Source: a virus (taxonomy: Duplodnaviria > Caudoviricetes). From it: a stretch of 31,313 nt of DNA. Each line of letters opens with the position of its first letter. Position 1 is the first letter of the stretch. Under the pieces are notes generated by a model. The model ran no database searches, was not told the origin of the DNA, and was given only the letters and a program-made list of their open reading frames with translations. Below, piece after piece: positions 16,045 to 23,892 of this stretch. The translations under genes and the position numbers were made by a program. The stretch covers positions 1 to 31,313 of the IMG/VR virus record IMGVR_UViG_3300021356_000099. One strand, written 5' to 3'.

Positions 16045-16871
16045 ATCATTCAACAAATATATTCGGTGATCTTGATCGTCAATACAATCTTCATGAAGCC
16101 TTTGAACCATTCAATAATGGCGAAGATTATTTTGAATTTACACTCGAAGAACTTGGCTTACCATCAGCCGATGAACTGAGACATGGCTGTGAGTCCATTC
16201 GTGAAGAACTCGGTGAAATATATGGATGGACAAAAGGCAAACAAGAATCAAAGAAATACAGAGGGTTCAGTCCTGTTATTATGCGAGGTGATGTTGATCC
16301 ATGGTATAAATCACCACGTGCCACACTCGGTCATCCTAAACTGAACTGGTCACACAGTCGTTCAACAAATGAAAATCCACCATGGGAAACTGATTATAGC
16401 ACATACTATGATACATATGCGTTCAATGAGCTTCATCCATTAGCCAAAAAACATCTTGGTAACTTTTATGATTCTGTTGATCTGATGCCATCTCGTGGTC
16501 GTGTTGTTTGGGCTGAAGGCGGCCATGAACAACAATGGCATAAAGACGAATCCTGGATACAGGCGCTTCGTTATAACATTCCACTTATCACAGAAAAGAA
16601 TAGTACAATATTGCAAATCGATGGATCATGGGGTGGAAACCAACTAACTAAAACGGTGCATATGGAAGTGGGCAAGGTTTATATCTGGAACTTCTGTATT
16701 GATCATCGAGTTGTTAACTATAGCGAAAAGACACGACTCAATCTCATACAATCATTTGCAACATGGTTCAATTTCGATGAAGAAACAAATGAGTATGTTG
16801 AAAACGAATTCTATGGAATACAACCATTGCATATGATAAAACTCAAGATGCCTTTTCCAAATGCTCAATAG
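16041..16871 (+). CDS. Fe(II)/2OG oxygenase, aspartyl/asparaginyl beta-hydroxylase-like
   Basis: WHKD (HxD), RYNIPLIT, HMEVGKVYIWN...HRVVN....RLNLI. Confidence 0.75.
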   Translation: MNHSTNIFGDLDRQYNLHEAFEPFNNGEDYFEFTLEELGLPSADELRHGCESIREELGEIYGWTKGKQESKKYRGFSPVIMRGDVDPWYKSPRATLGHPKLNWSHSRSTNENPPWETDYSTYYDTYAFNELHPLAKKHLGNFYDSVDLMPSRGRVVWAEGGHEQQWHKDESWIQALRYNIPLITEKNSTILQIDGSWGGNQLTKTVHMEVGKVYIWNFCIDHRVVNYSEKTRLNLIQSFATWFNFDEETNEYVENEFYGIQPLHMIKLKMPFPNAQ

Positions 16872-17317
16872 TCATATCTGCACATTCTGTTCTGATAAAC
16901 ACCCATGTCGAATGGTTCTGTGGTGAGCGTGTAACCAGCACGCTCATATACTTTACATGCAGCAAGTCGTGGCATTGACCAGATAAATTTGTAACCCTTA
17001 TCACGATTTGCTTCAATCGCATGACATAATAATTTTTCACCAACACCAGAACCACGGAAGTCTGGATAGACATATAGACCACGTGAACGACACTCTGTTT
17101 TGTTCACATGTGAATATGAGTTGACGCCCATCAGTACCTCGTCCTCAACATATCCATAGAACACCGGATTGCCTGCGTGTTCTTCTCGACCACCCATATA
17201 TGTTCTGTTTGAGTATGGATTTGATTCCATGCGGCGTAGTTGTGTATTGATATCAAACCACATGTCCTGTTCGAACCACACTTCATCTATTTCTTCAAAT
17301 GACAAATCTACAATCAT
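16865..17317 (-). CDS. GNAT family acetyltransferase
   Basis: RGLYVYPDFRGSGVGEKLL (acetyl-CoA binding motif A) and ACKVYERAGY. Confidence 0.9.
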   Translation of the reverse strand: MIVDLSFEEIDEVWFEQDMWFDINTQLRRMESNPYSNRTYMGGREEHAGNPVFYGYVEDEVLMGVNSYSHVNKTECRSRGLYVYPDFRGSGVGEKLLCHAIEANRDKGYKFIWSMPRLAACKVYERAGYTLTTEPFDMGVYQNRMCRYDY

Positions 17318-18159
17318 GGATTCAATGCAAAAGAGATCTTCTGCCCCTTGTATATTGGAAATCCTCGGTCATGCATGTATTCAGTAAAAGCTTTCTTTTG
17401 ATGTAATGGGTTTCTAAGATTATCTTTTAGTAACCGCCATTCACGAAAAACGTTCCAGTCATTAAGAGGATAGCGAACTTGAATATTGTGATTTCTATAA
17501 TGTGGCAATGACTGCTTTAGAAATCGTGCATAAAGCTGTAAATCAAATGACACATAAAGTTCATCTGCACCAAGGCCTGAAAGCATAATTGGTGTATCAA
17601 TGTGCTCTGCTGCTACTTGATGACTATCTTTCTGTGCATCCCATTCAGTCACCACTCTTTTGTCCTCAAATAGCACCAGGCGTTTATGAAGCGTCTCTTG
17701 ATTTTCCTGTCCGGTGATAGACAAGATTTTACAAGGCAAGTTTTGATGATATATTGATGCTGCAATAGTTCCACTATCATGACCAGAACTAAGAAGTAGT
17801 GTGGCATCCTGGCAACGAAAACGAACTGCCTCATCTATAGCATCAAAGAAGTCATCATAATAGTCTTTCTTTGGCAGACCAGATGGTGGATCATATTTCA
17901 ACTTAGAAATATTATGGTTGCTACGTTTGTATATTATGCGATTATTCTTAAGAACAAGCGTGCTATTTCTTGGTAACCACCCGGCGGCATTGGTACCTGT
18001 CAAGTCTGTGATATACGTCGTTTCATCACCATCAATAATCTCGATGGCATAGTCACCACGAATATGTTGATATGTCAGAACACCATGTTCTTTGTAAATG
18101 CTTTCAACATCATATGGGCAGAATCCATGAATATTACAAATCATCGCTTTTACTATCAT
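17314..18159 (-). CDS. Asparagine synthetase-like protein with a reduced N-terminal domain
   Basis: RGDYAI..ITDLTG remnant, PP-loop LLLSSGHDSGTI, MLSGLGADEL, VRYPLND. Confidence 0.75.
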   Translation of the reverse strand: MIVKAMICNIHGFCPYDVESIYKEHGVLTYQHIRGDYAIEIIDGDETTYITDLTGTNAAGWLPRNSTLVLKNNRIIYKRSNHNISKLKYDPPSGLPKKDYYDDFFDAIDEAVRFRCQDATLLLSSGHDSGTIAASIYHQNLPCKILSITGQENQETLHKRLVLFEDKRVVTEWDAQKDSHQVAAEHIDTPIMLSGLGADELYVSFDLQLYARFLKQSLPHYRNHNIQVRYPLNDWNVFREWRLLKDNLRNPLHQKKAFTEYMHDRGFPIYKGQKISFALNP

Positions 18160-19132
18160 AATATCTCACTGACCCATCATCAAATGCTTCTATGATTGTG
18201 CTATTATCGAACACGTTCCAATTATTATTGAATAAATTGACAAGACTCGGAACCTTTAGTTTTTCATTACGATATGTCTCATCTGGACAATACTTATGAA
18301 TGAAATCCTTTAGTGGTTGCTTATAGGTTTTCCATTCTCCTGACAACGTCTTGTCTTGGTTTGACATCGACCATTGCTGAAAGCTTGGTGTGTTGAAGAA
18401 TGACACGACCTTGCTTGGATGATTCAATTCAAGAACCTTATAGTAATACATGGCACGAACTTGTACGGCATTCCACTTCTGTGTGAAGTTTGCCCACCAT
18501 AGAAAATCTTTTAGTGTTATCATATCGCCAGGATAGCTATCTGCTAAAGTGTCAGCAACATCCATTAGAATAGGCTTTTGTTCTTCCCAAAACATCGAGT
18601 CAGGGGTATTTTTACCATAGAACGTTTTGGAGTCATATGTAAATACGTGTTCCCATGGCTTTGTCATGTCATGGTGTAGTCTATGCATAGTTTCTGAACC
18701 AAATAGTTGGTCACCACACTCACCTGTAACCAATGTATCATATTCAATAATGTCTGGCATATCCCACTTATCTTTAACTAGTTTCTCATACATTACCGGA
18801 AACTCTTCGATAGATGATGGTGTATAATAGACCTTGAGCTCTGCATCTTTGGGTTTCTGTTCAAGCAGACCAATCAGAACGGCACTGCTATCAATACCAC
18901 CTGACCACATGCACGTTACCGATTTATGTTTAGCCCAGATGTTTTGTGCCGACTCCATGACACAATCTTCAATAGTCATTGAGGTGTTTGGGTTTGGTAA
19001 TGGATCATAATAAATGTCAGTTACGTTGAAGTTACCAGTACGATCGGCATACAACTCACTTTTAACAAAGTTGCAGATTGCTCGTAGTTGTTTATTTGGA
19101 AAAACATGCTTATGTTGATATATTAGTCTCAT
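18134..19132 (-). CDS. Asparagine synthetase-like / adenine nucleotide alpha-hydrolase protein
   Basis: PP-loop MWSGGIDSSAVL, VTGECGDQLFGS, FFNTPSFQQW, YKQPLKDFI. Confidence 0.75.
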   Translation of the reverse strand: MRLIYQHKHVFPNKQLRAICNFVKSELYADRTGNFNVTDIYYDPLPNPNTSMTIEDCVMESAQNIWAKHKSVTCMWSGGIDSSAVLIGLLEQKPKDAELKVYYTPSSIEEFPVMYEKLVKDKWDMPDIIEYDTLVTGECGDQLFGSETMHRLHHDMTKPWEHVFTYDSKTFYGKNTPDSMFWEEQKPILMDVADTLADSYPGDMITLKDFLWWANFTQKWNAVQVRAMYYYKVLELNHPSKVVSFFNTPSFQQWSMSNQDKTLSGEWKTYKQPLKDFIHKYCPDETYRNEKLKVPSLVNLFNNNWNVFDNSTIIEAFDDGSVRYYDSKSDDL

Positions 19133-19791
19133 TAAAACCTCAATATTCTTGTGTGTGGTTGGTCATCAAATCTCTCACTAAAAGTTTCAAGCAACTCGAT
19201 TGGATCATAATGGTATGGTTGATAACTGTTTGACCACCATATCCTAAAGTCGTTTTCACAAAGCGGTGCAAACTTTTTGTACAGTTCATCAATGGATATT
19301 TCATCATTAGTTATATAGTGATTGCGTACAAAGATAACAGCATCGAATTTGATGGTCGGTCTCGGTGTTATGACAACATTCTCGTCAAATACAGAATTGT
19401 TGTAGTAAAGAGGAACACTGAACGTTTGCTTGCAATGGTCAAATGCTTCTTTTTCTTTAGTATCTGTCCAATCTTCTTGCCAATCGGTGCAAACAATATC
19501 GAAATCGAAATCACAGAATTCGTTTACCAAGTAACCAAGACCTGTCCCACAACCATAGTCTAAAATTTTCTTGTGGCCATATTCTCTTAGTTTCGTGAAC
19601 ATTTCAAAGTAACAACAGGCGATATGTTTATAGTGTCTTGGCTCTTGATATTTTTCTGGTAGCCAATGCAAATTCTTTCTTTGATAGTGCAATAAACCTT
19701 CCCAAAGTACTCTCAAATCAGGATCAAGACCCGAGTCGGGTATAGTAGCAATGCGAGTTTCAACATCCATAATGGGCGTAAGTCGTGTCAT
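19132..19791 (-). CDS. Class I SAM-dependent methyltransferase
   Basis: KILDYGCGTG, VCTD, KFDAVI. Confidence 0.8.
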   Translation of the reverse strand: MTRLTPIMDVETRIATIPDSGLDPDLRVLWEGLLHYQRKNLHWLPEKYQEPRHYKHIACCYFEMFTKLREYGHKKILDYGCGTGLGYLVNEFCDFDFDIVCTDWQEDWTDTKEKEAFDHCKQTFSVPLYYNNSVFDENVVITPRPTIKFDAVIFVRNHYITNDEISIDELYKKFAPLCENDFRIWWSNSYQPYHYDPIELLETFSERFDDQPHTRILRF

Positions 19792-19880
19792 TTTTCAATT
19801 ACCAACCAAACGATTACAGTCAATAAGCATATTACAAGTATTGGCCATGGAAGAGGATGTGCTAATGCAGTTAAGAACAT
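19788..19880 (-). CDS. 30-aa single-TM membrane peptide (not in ORF track)
   Basis: MFLTALAHPLPWPILVICLLTVIVWLVIEK*; GGAG 8 nt upstream of the ATG; stop overlaps the MTase start (ATGA). Confidence 0.65.
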   Translation of the reverse strand: MFLTALAHPLPWPILVICLLTVIVWLVIEK

Positions 19881-19893
19881 GATATGATCTCCA

Positions 19894-19901
19894 TATAAAT
19901 A
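19894..19901 (+). promoter_or_regulatory. T4-type late promoter
   Basis: Exact TATAAATA upstream of AAGGAGG RBS and ATG 19937. Confidence 0.8.
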
Positions 19902-19936
19902 GTACTACTATATAAACCGTAACAAAGGAGGTTGCT

Positions 19937-20212
19937 ATGTTACGACACGCCTTTTTGTTTATGTGTTATTATGTATGGAACATCTTGATTGCAATCGATC
20001 AACTCGCAGCTGTTGTAATTTTTGCAGCAGATCCCGATGAAACAATTTCTTCATTGGCAGGTAAGGGTCGTAATCGAGGCAATAAATTTTGGACCATTTT
20101 GGCAAATACACTTGATTATATAGATCCTGGTCATTGTGAGGCTGCCATTGAAATTGCCGAGGGCAAAGACTCAGTTCGTAATAGAGTATTACTCAGGCTA
20201 GGAAAACGATAA
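19937..20212 (+). CDS. Conserved small phage protein (DQL..PDETISS..DPGHC type), likely membrane associated
   Basis: NILIAIDQL...DPDETISS.AG...DPGHC motif; strong AAGGAGG RBS. Confidence 0.7.
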   Translation: MLRHAFLFMCYYVWNILIAIDQLAAVVIFAADPDETISSLAGKGRNRGNKFWTILANTLDYIDPGHCEAAIEIAEGKDSVRNRVLLRLGKR

Positions 20213-20499
20213 TGGATAACGAAATGCCAAAACACGAACGTTGGATGCACAACAAATGGCGACCTGCTATCGGTTGGTTGTATTTCGTTGTCGTGTTATT
20301 TGATTTTGTAATAGCACCTGTTGTTTTTTCTGCAGGCCAATTTTTTGCTTCACAAGGCATTGAGCAGTGGGAACCAATTACACTTAAAGGCGGTGGGCTA
20401 TTTCATGTCTCTATGCTTGGCATTGTTGGTGTCACTGCATATGGAAGAACAAAAGAAAAGCTGAAGCAAATGGGCAAAGATATAAGGCTAGACAAATGA
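20212..20499 (+). CDS. Holin-like membrane protein (3TM/GTA holin family-like)
   Basis: KWRPAIGWLY, two hydrophobic segments, GVTAYGRTKEK. Confidence 0.65.
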   Translation: MDNEMPKHERWMHNKWRPAIGWLYFVVVLFDFVIAPVVFSAGQFFASQGIEQWEPITLKGGGLFHVSMLGIVGVTAYGRTKEKLKQMGKDIRLDK

Positions 20500-20960
20500 T
20501 TACTGCACTTACAACTATCATTGGATTTCTATCATCTGTTGCTCCTATGACAATTCGTTATCTTGAGAAATCAAGGAGTATGCAACATGAAGCTGAACTC
20601 ATCAGGTTACGCATGGAAGCCGCGGCTCAAGGTATGGACTATCAACTTATTGTTGAGAATACTCGTGCCATTGTCCAAGAGGGAGAATCACTTCGCAAGC
20701 ATGATATGGCTCTTGATGGTGGTGAATTCCTTAATACTCTTCGAGCAAGTGTTCGGCCTATCATTACTTACTTTTTCTTTTTTACCTTTATAATCATTAA
20801 GGTCGTATCTCTTGCCATTATGATTTGGCAGGGAGTTCCTATTCTTGATGTACTGCCTGTCATCTGGGATGAAACTACATCTGCCATTTTTGGTGCTTGT
20901 ATTGGGTTTTGGTTCGGATATCGTACTATGATGCACTTAGAAAAAGGAGTAAATAATTGA
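20496..20960 (+). CDS. Holin-like membrane protein (3TM/GTA holin family-like)
   Basis: Hydrophobic N-terminus, coiled segment, LRASVRPIITY, two further TMs ending IGFWFGYR. Confidence 0.65.
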   Translation: MITALTTIIGFLSSVAPMTIRYLEKSRSMQHEAELIRLRMEAAAQGMDYQLIVENTRAIVQEGESLRKHDMALDGGEFLNTLRASVRPIITYFFFFTFIIIKVVSLAIMIWQGVPILDVLPVIWDETTSAIFGACIGFWFGYRTMMHLEKGVNN

Positions 20961-21088
20961 TGTCATTTTTACTAGGTATTTTTGTTGGTCTTTGCATCGG
21001 ATGGTTTTGGATTACAGATGCTCCAGAGTGGGCAATATTACTGAAAGACAAAGCCGTTGAGAAAGCAAAGAGCCTTTTCAACAAATAA
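20960..21088 (+). CDS. 42-aa membrane peptide (not in ORF track)
   Basis: MSFLLGIFVGLCIGWFWITDAPEWAILLKDKAVEKAKSLFNK*; AGGAG RBS; TGATG coupling; ends just before the terminator. Confidence 0.7.
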   Translation: MSFLLGIFVGLCIGWFWITDAPEWAILLKDKAVEKAKSLFNK

Positions 21089-21093
21089 TAGTC

Positions 21094-21117
21094 AGGGAGC
21101 TCCGGCTCCCTTTCTTT
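21094..21117 (+). terminator. Rho-independent terminator with UNCG tetraloop
   Basis: AGGGAGC-TCCG-GCTCCCT followed by TTCTTT. Confidence 0.8.
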
Positions 21118-21124
21118 ATAAATA
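21117..21124 (+). promoter_or_regulatory. T4-type late promoter for gp13
   Basis: Exact TATAAATA. Confidence 0.85.
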
Positions 21125-21149
21125 ATGATAAAGAAGAGTGGAGATAACC

Positions 21150-22124
21150 ATGGCATTACCGACATCACGACAAGAATTTGTTGATCATTGCTTTCGCCGT
21201 TTGGGCGAGCCTGTGAATGAAGTGCACATCACAGAAGAACAAGCAGATGATATTGTTGATGAAGCATTGAAATACTATTGGGATTATCACTTCAATGGTA
21301 TGGACAAAGCATTCTTCAAGCACATTGTTACTGCTGGCAATCGTGGTGATGCTGTGTTTGGCATTCGTATCGATGCAGCCGGTACCGGTTACGCAAATAC
21401 AGATACACTCACACTCACTAGCACATTAGGTTCTGGCGCAGCAGCTACATTGACGACTGATGCCAATGGTGCGATTACTGCTGTTACGATGACAGATCAT
21501 GGCGATGCATATGCGATTGCGCCTGATGTTACAATCACGACATCAACAGGTTCTGGTGCAACACTGACTGCTGAACTTGGTGGATTTATTCCTGTTCCAG
21601 AAAACATCAAAGGCGTTGTTCGTGTCTTTCCGCTCGGTTCTGCTGAAAGTTCAACCAGTAACATGTTCAACATTCGGTATCAGATTGCACTCAATGACAT
21701 GTATACGTTGATGTCAAATTCAATTGTGCCATATTTTTCTGCTATGCAACACATCGGTTTGCTTGAAGATCTTCTTGTTGGTAAGTATCCTATTCGTTAT
21801 AACCGACACCGTGATCGTCTTTTCATTGATATGGATTGGGAAAAGGCAACAGTCGGTGAAGTAATGCTTGTTGAAGCACATGAGATTATTGATCCAGACG
21901 TTTTCACTGATGCTTGGTCAGATCGTTGGTTGCTTCGTTATGCGTGTGCTCTTATGAAAGAACAGTGGGGCACAAACCTCAAAACATATCAGGGCGTGAT
22001 GCTGCCAGGTGGCATTCAGCTTGATGGCCAGACAATCTTTTCTGAAGGTCTACAAGAGCGTAAAGAACTTGAAGCAGAGATGATCAATAACTTCTCTATG
22101 CCACCTATGGATTTCATTGGTTAA
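21150..22124 (+). CDS. gp13: Neck protein gp13 with an inserted ~80 aa beta module
   Basis: PTSRQEF.D.CFRRLG.PV, ALKYYWDYHFNG, WL.RYA.AL.KEQWGTNL, LPGGIQLDG, PPMDFIG. ATG 21150 follows GGAG. Confidence 0.92.
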   Translation: MALPTSRQEFVDHCFRRLGEPVNEVHITEEQADDIVDEALKYYWDYHFNGMDKAFFKHIVTAGNRGDAVFGIRIDAAGTGYANTDTLTLTSTLGSGAAATLTTDANGAITAVTMTDHGDAYAIAPDVTITTSTGSGATLTAELGGFIPVPENIKGVVRVFPLGSAESSTSNMFNIRYQIALNDMYTLMSNSIVPYFSAMQHIGLLEDLLVGKYPIRYNRHRDRLFIDMDWEKATVGEVMLVEAHEIIDPDVFTDAWSDRWLLRYACALMKEQWGTNLKTYQGVMLPGGIQLDGQTIFSEGLQERKELEAEMINNFSMPPMDFIG

Positions 22125-22136
22125 GGAAACGGTCAC

Positions 22137-22904
22137 ATGCCATTAGGAAAAACAACAAAGCCGTTCTTCAACCATTTCAAGCGCAAGAACACCATCAACT
22201 TGCTAGATAAAGTTGTTACTGAAGTAATTCAGAAGTTTGGCATGGATATGCAGTATTTGCCACGTCGTCGTTCAGCAAATACAGATGGGGTCTTTACAGA
22301 AGATGCAGGTTCGTCATTTGATACGGCATACACGATTCCTATCTATGTCAAAACCGCACAAGGCTTCATGGGCCAAGAAGCTCTGATGTCTCACTTTGGC
22401 ATTGAGAATAGGCGCTCATTGGTTCTGACTATTGCTCGTATGCAATGGGAAACAAACATCATTCCAGAAGAGGCAACGCTATATCGTCCATATGAAGGCG
22501 ACTTGATATACTTTCCGTTGGACAAAGTCTTATATGAAATCAAGTATGTTGATGAACATCCATACTTCTATCAACATGGTCATTTGCCAATGTGGGATTT
22601 GACAGTTGAAGTCTTTGAGTTCGCTGGTGAAGACTTCAGCACCGGTATCGGTAGTATTGATTGCATGAGCAGACATACATCAACCGATTCATATGACTGG
22701 GCCATTCTATCAGAAGACGGTTTGGTTATTGAACTTGAATATGGTGATATTCTTACACGTGAAGGATTTAGAACACATCAAGAAAGCGTGTTTGGCCTTA
22801 GCAATGGAAATGACTCGTTTCTTGAGGAAGCCGGTGAACCAGAAGATGCCGAACCACTTATTCAATGGGGTGCAGATAATCCTTGGTCAGAAGGCGACTG
22901 GTAA
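22137..22904 (+). CDS. gp14: Neck protein gp14
   Basis: EVIQKFGMDMQYLPR, MSHFG, RPYEGDLIYFPL..LYEIKYVDE.PYFYQHG; synteny. Confidence 0.9.
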   Translation: MPLGKTTKPFFNHFKRKNTINLLDKVVTEVIQKFGMDMQYLPRRRSANTDGVFTEDAGSSFDTAYTIPIYVKTAQGFMGQEALMSHFGIENRRSLVLTIARMQWETNIIPEEATLYRPYEGDLIYFPLDKVLYEIKYVDEHPYFYQHGHLPMWDLTVEVFEFAGEDFSTGIGSIDCMSRHTSTDSYDWAILSEDGLVIELEYGDILTREGFRTHQESVFGLSNGNDSFLEEAGEPEDAEPLIQWGADNPWSEGDW

Positions 22905-23026
22905 TGTTTACATTTATGCAATGGTTAAAAGAGTACGTTGAGAAACTTAAGCGTGATAAGAACGACAAGTTGTCTGATAACGACACGACTGACCATACAG
23001 CAACCGCAATGAAAGGTGACTCGTAA
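22904..23026 (+). CDS. 40-aa micro-protein with capsid-targeting-like N-terminus (not in ORF track)
   Basis: MFTFMQWLKEYVEKLKRDKNDKLSDNDTTDHTATAMKGDS*; TAATG overlaps at both ends, filling the gp14-gp15 gap exactly. Confidence 0.7.
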   Translation: MFTFMQWLKEYVEKLKRDKNDKLSDNDTTDHTATAMKGDS

Positions 23027-23877
23027 TGTCATTATATGGAAACCAGCCGTTCTATTTTGAACTTCTGAGAAAATATGTAATTTATTTTGGCCGAGTTTTT
23101 TCTGATATTCGTATCACAGAAGAAGATGAGAACGGTACACAGATAGGATTAACACGCGTTCCTCTTGACTATTCTGGTCGAGATAAGAACCTATTGCGTG
23201 TTAATACTAAGCCAGATTCACCTGAATTTGAAAATTGCCCACCCGGTTTTCTGAGGTTTCCTATCATTGGTTTTGAGATGAATGGTATGTCATATGATCC
23301 AAATCGCAACTTGCCTTTTATGGATCGTACTGTTCGTAAAGCAACTGACCTCAATAAACTGAGAGCACAGTTTCGGCCATCTGCATGGGATTTGACTTTC
23401 TCTGTATATGTTATGTCAAAGAACATTACACAGGGCAATAAGATCGTTGAGCAGATTTTGCCATTCTTCTCGCCATCATTTACTTCATCGCTAGAGGTAA
23501 TTCCTGAGCTTGATATCGTCTTAGACATTCCTATTGTGCTTGATGGTGTTCAGTTTCAGGATGTCTATGAAGGTGAATTGACAGCACGGCGAAATGTTTT
23601 CTGGACATTGAACTTTACAATGATGGCATATTTCTTTGGTCCTATTACCGAGAAGCCAATCATCAAAGTCAGCAATACGAATTTCTTTGTGGGCAATACA
23701 TCTGCATATGGAAACACTGCACCACTATCAGTTCAAGTCACACCGGGTCTTGATGCTAATGGTTCAGCAACAACAAACAGTTCTATCACCATACCATATG
23801 CCAATATTGCTGTTGATGACTCATATGGGTATATTGAAACATGGTCAGATGAAACCAATTCAAATACGAGTTTTTAA
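23026..23877 (+). CDS. gp15: Tail sheath stabilizer/tail terminator gp15
   Basis: FY...LRKYVIYFG.VF, RVPL.Y, P.IGFEM...YDP.R, KIVEQILPFF.P, DIPIVL, YFFGP. Confidence 0.92.
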   Translation: MSLYGNQPFYFELLRKYVIYFGRVFSDIRITEEDENGTQIGLTRVPLDYSGRDKNLLRVNTKPDSPEFENCPPGFLRFPIIGFEMNGMSYDPNRNLPFMDRTVRKATDLNKLRAQFRPSAWDLTFSVYVMSKNITQGNKIVEQILPFFSPSFTSSLEVIPELDIVLDIPIVLDGVQFQDVYEGELTARRNVFWTLNFTMMAYFFGPITEKPIIKVSNTNFFVGNTSAYGNTAPLSVQVTPGLDANGSATTNSSITIPYANIAVDDSYGYIETWSDETNSNTSF

Positions 23878-23892
23878 CATGGAGTTTCTAAT

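Noticed and set aside
13433-16871. DNA base hypermodification (TET/JBP plus glucosyltransferase)
   Set aside because: The oxygenases look AspH-like rather than TET/JBP-like, there are no nucleotide metabolism genes nearby, and the context is virion structural. Disfavoured but not formally excluded.
18134-19132. QueC and 7-deazaguanine DNA modification
   Set aside because: The SGGIDS loop is shared by many families. The QueC Cys-rich zinc motif is absent, and no FolE, QueD, QueE or DpdA is in the window.
17314-19880. Lasso peptide (RiPP) cluster with AsnB-like cyclases and the 30-aa ORF as precursor
   Set aside because: No transglutaminase-like leader peptidase or RRE protein is seen, and the 30-aa peptide is a hydrophobic TM helix without a leader/core pattern.
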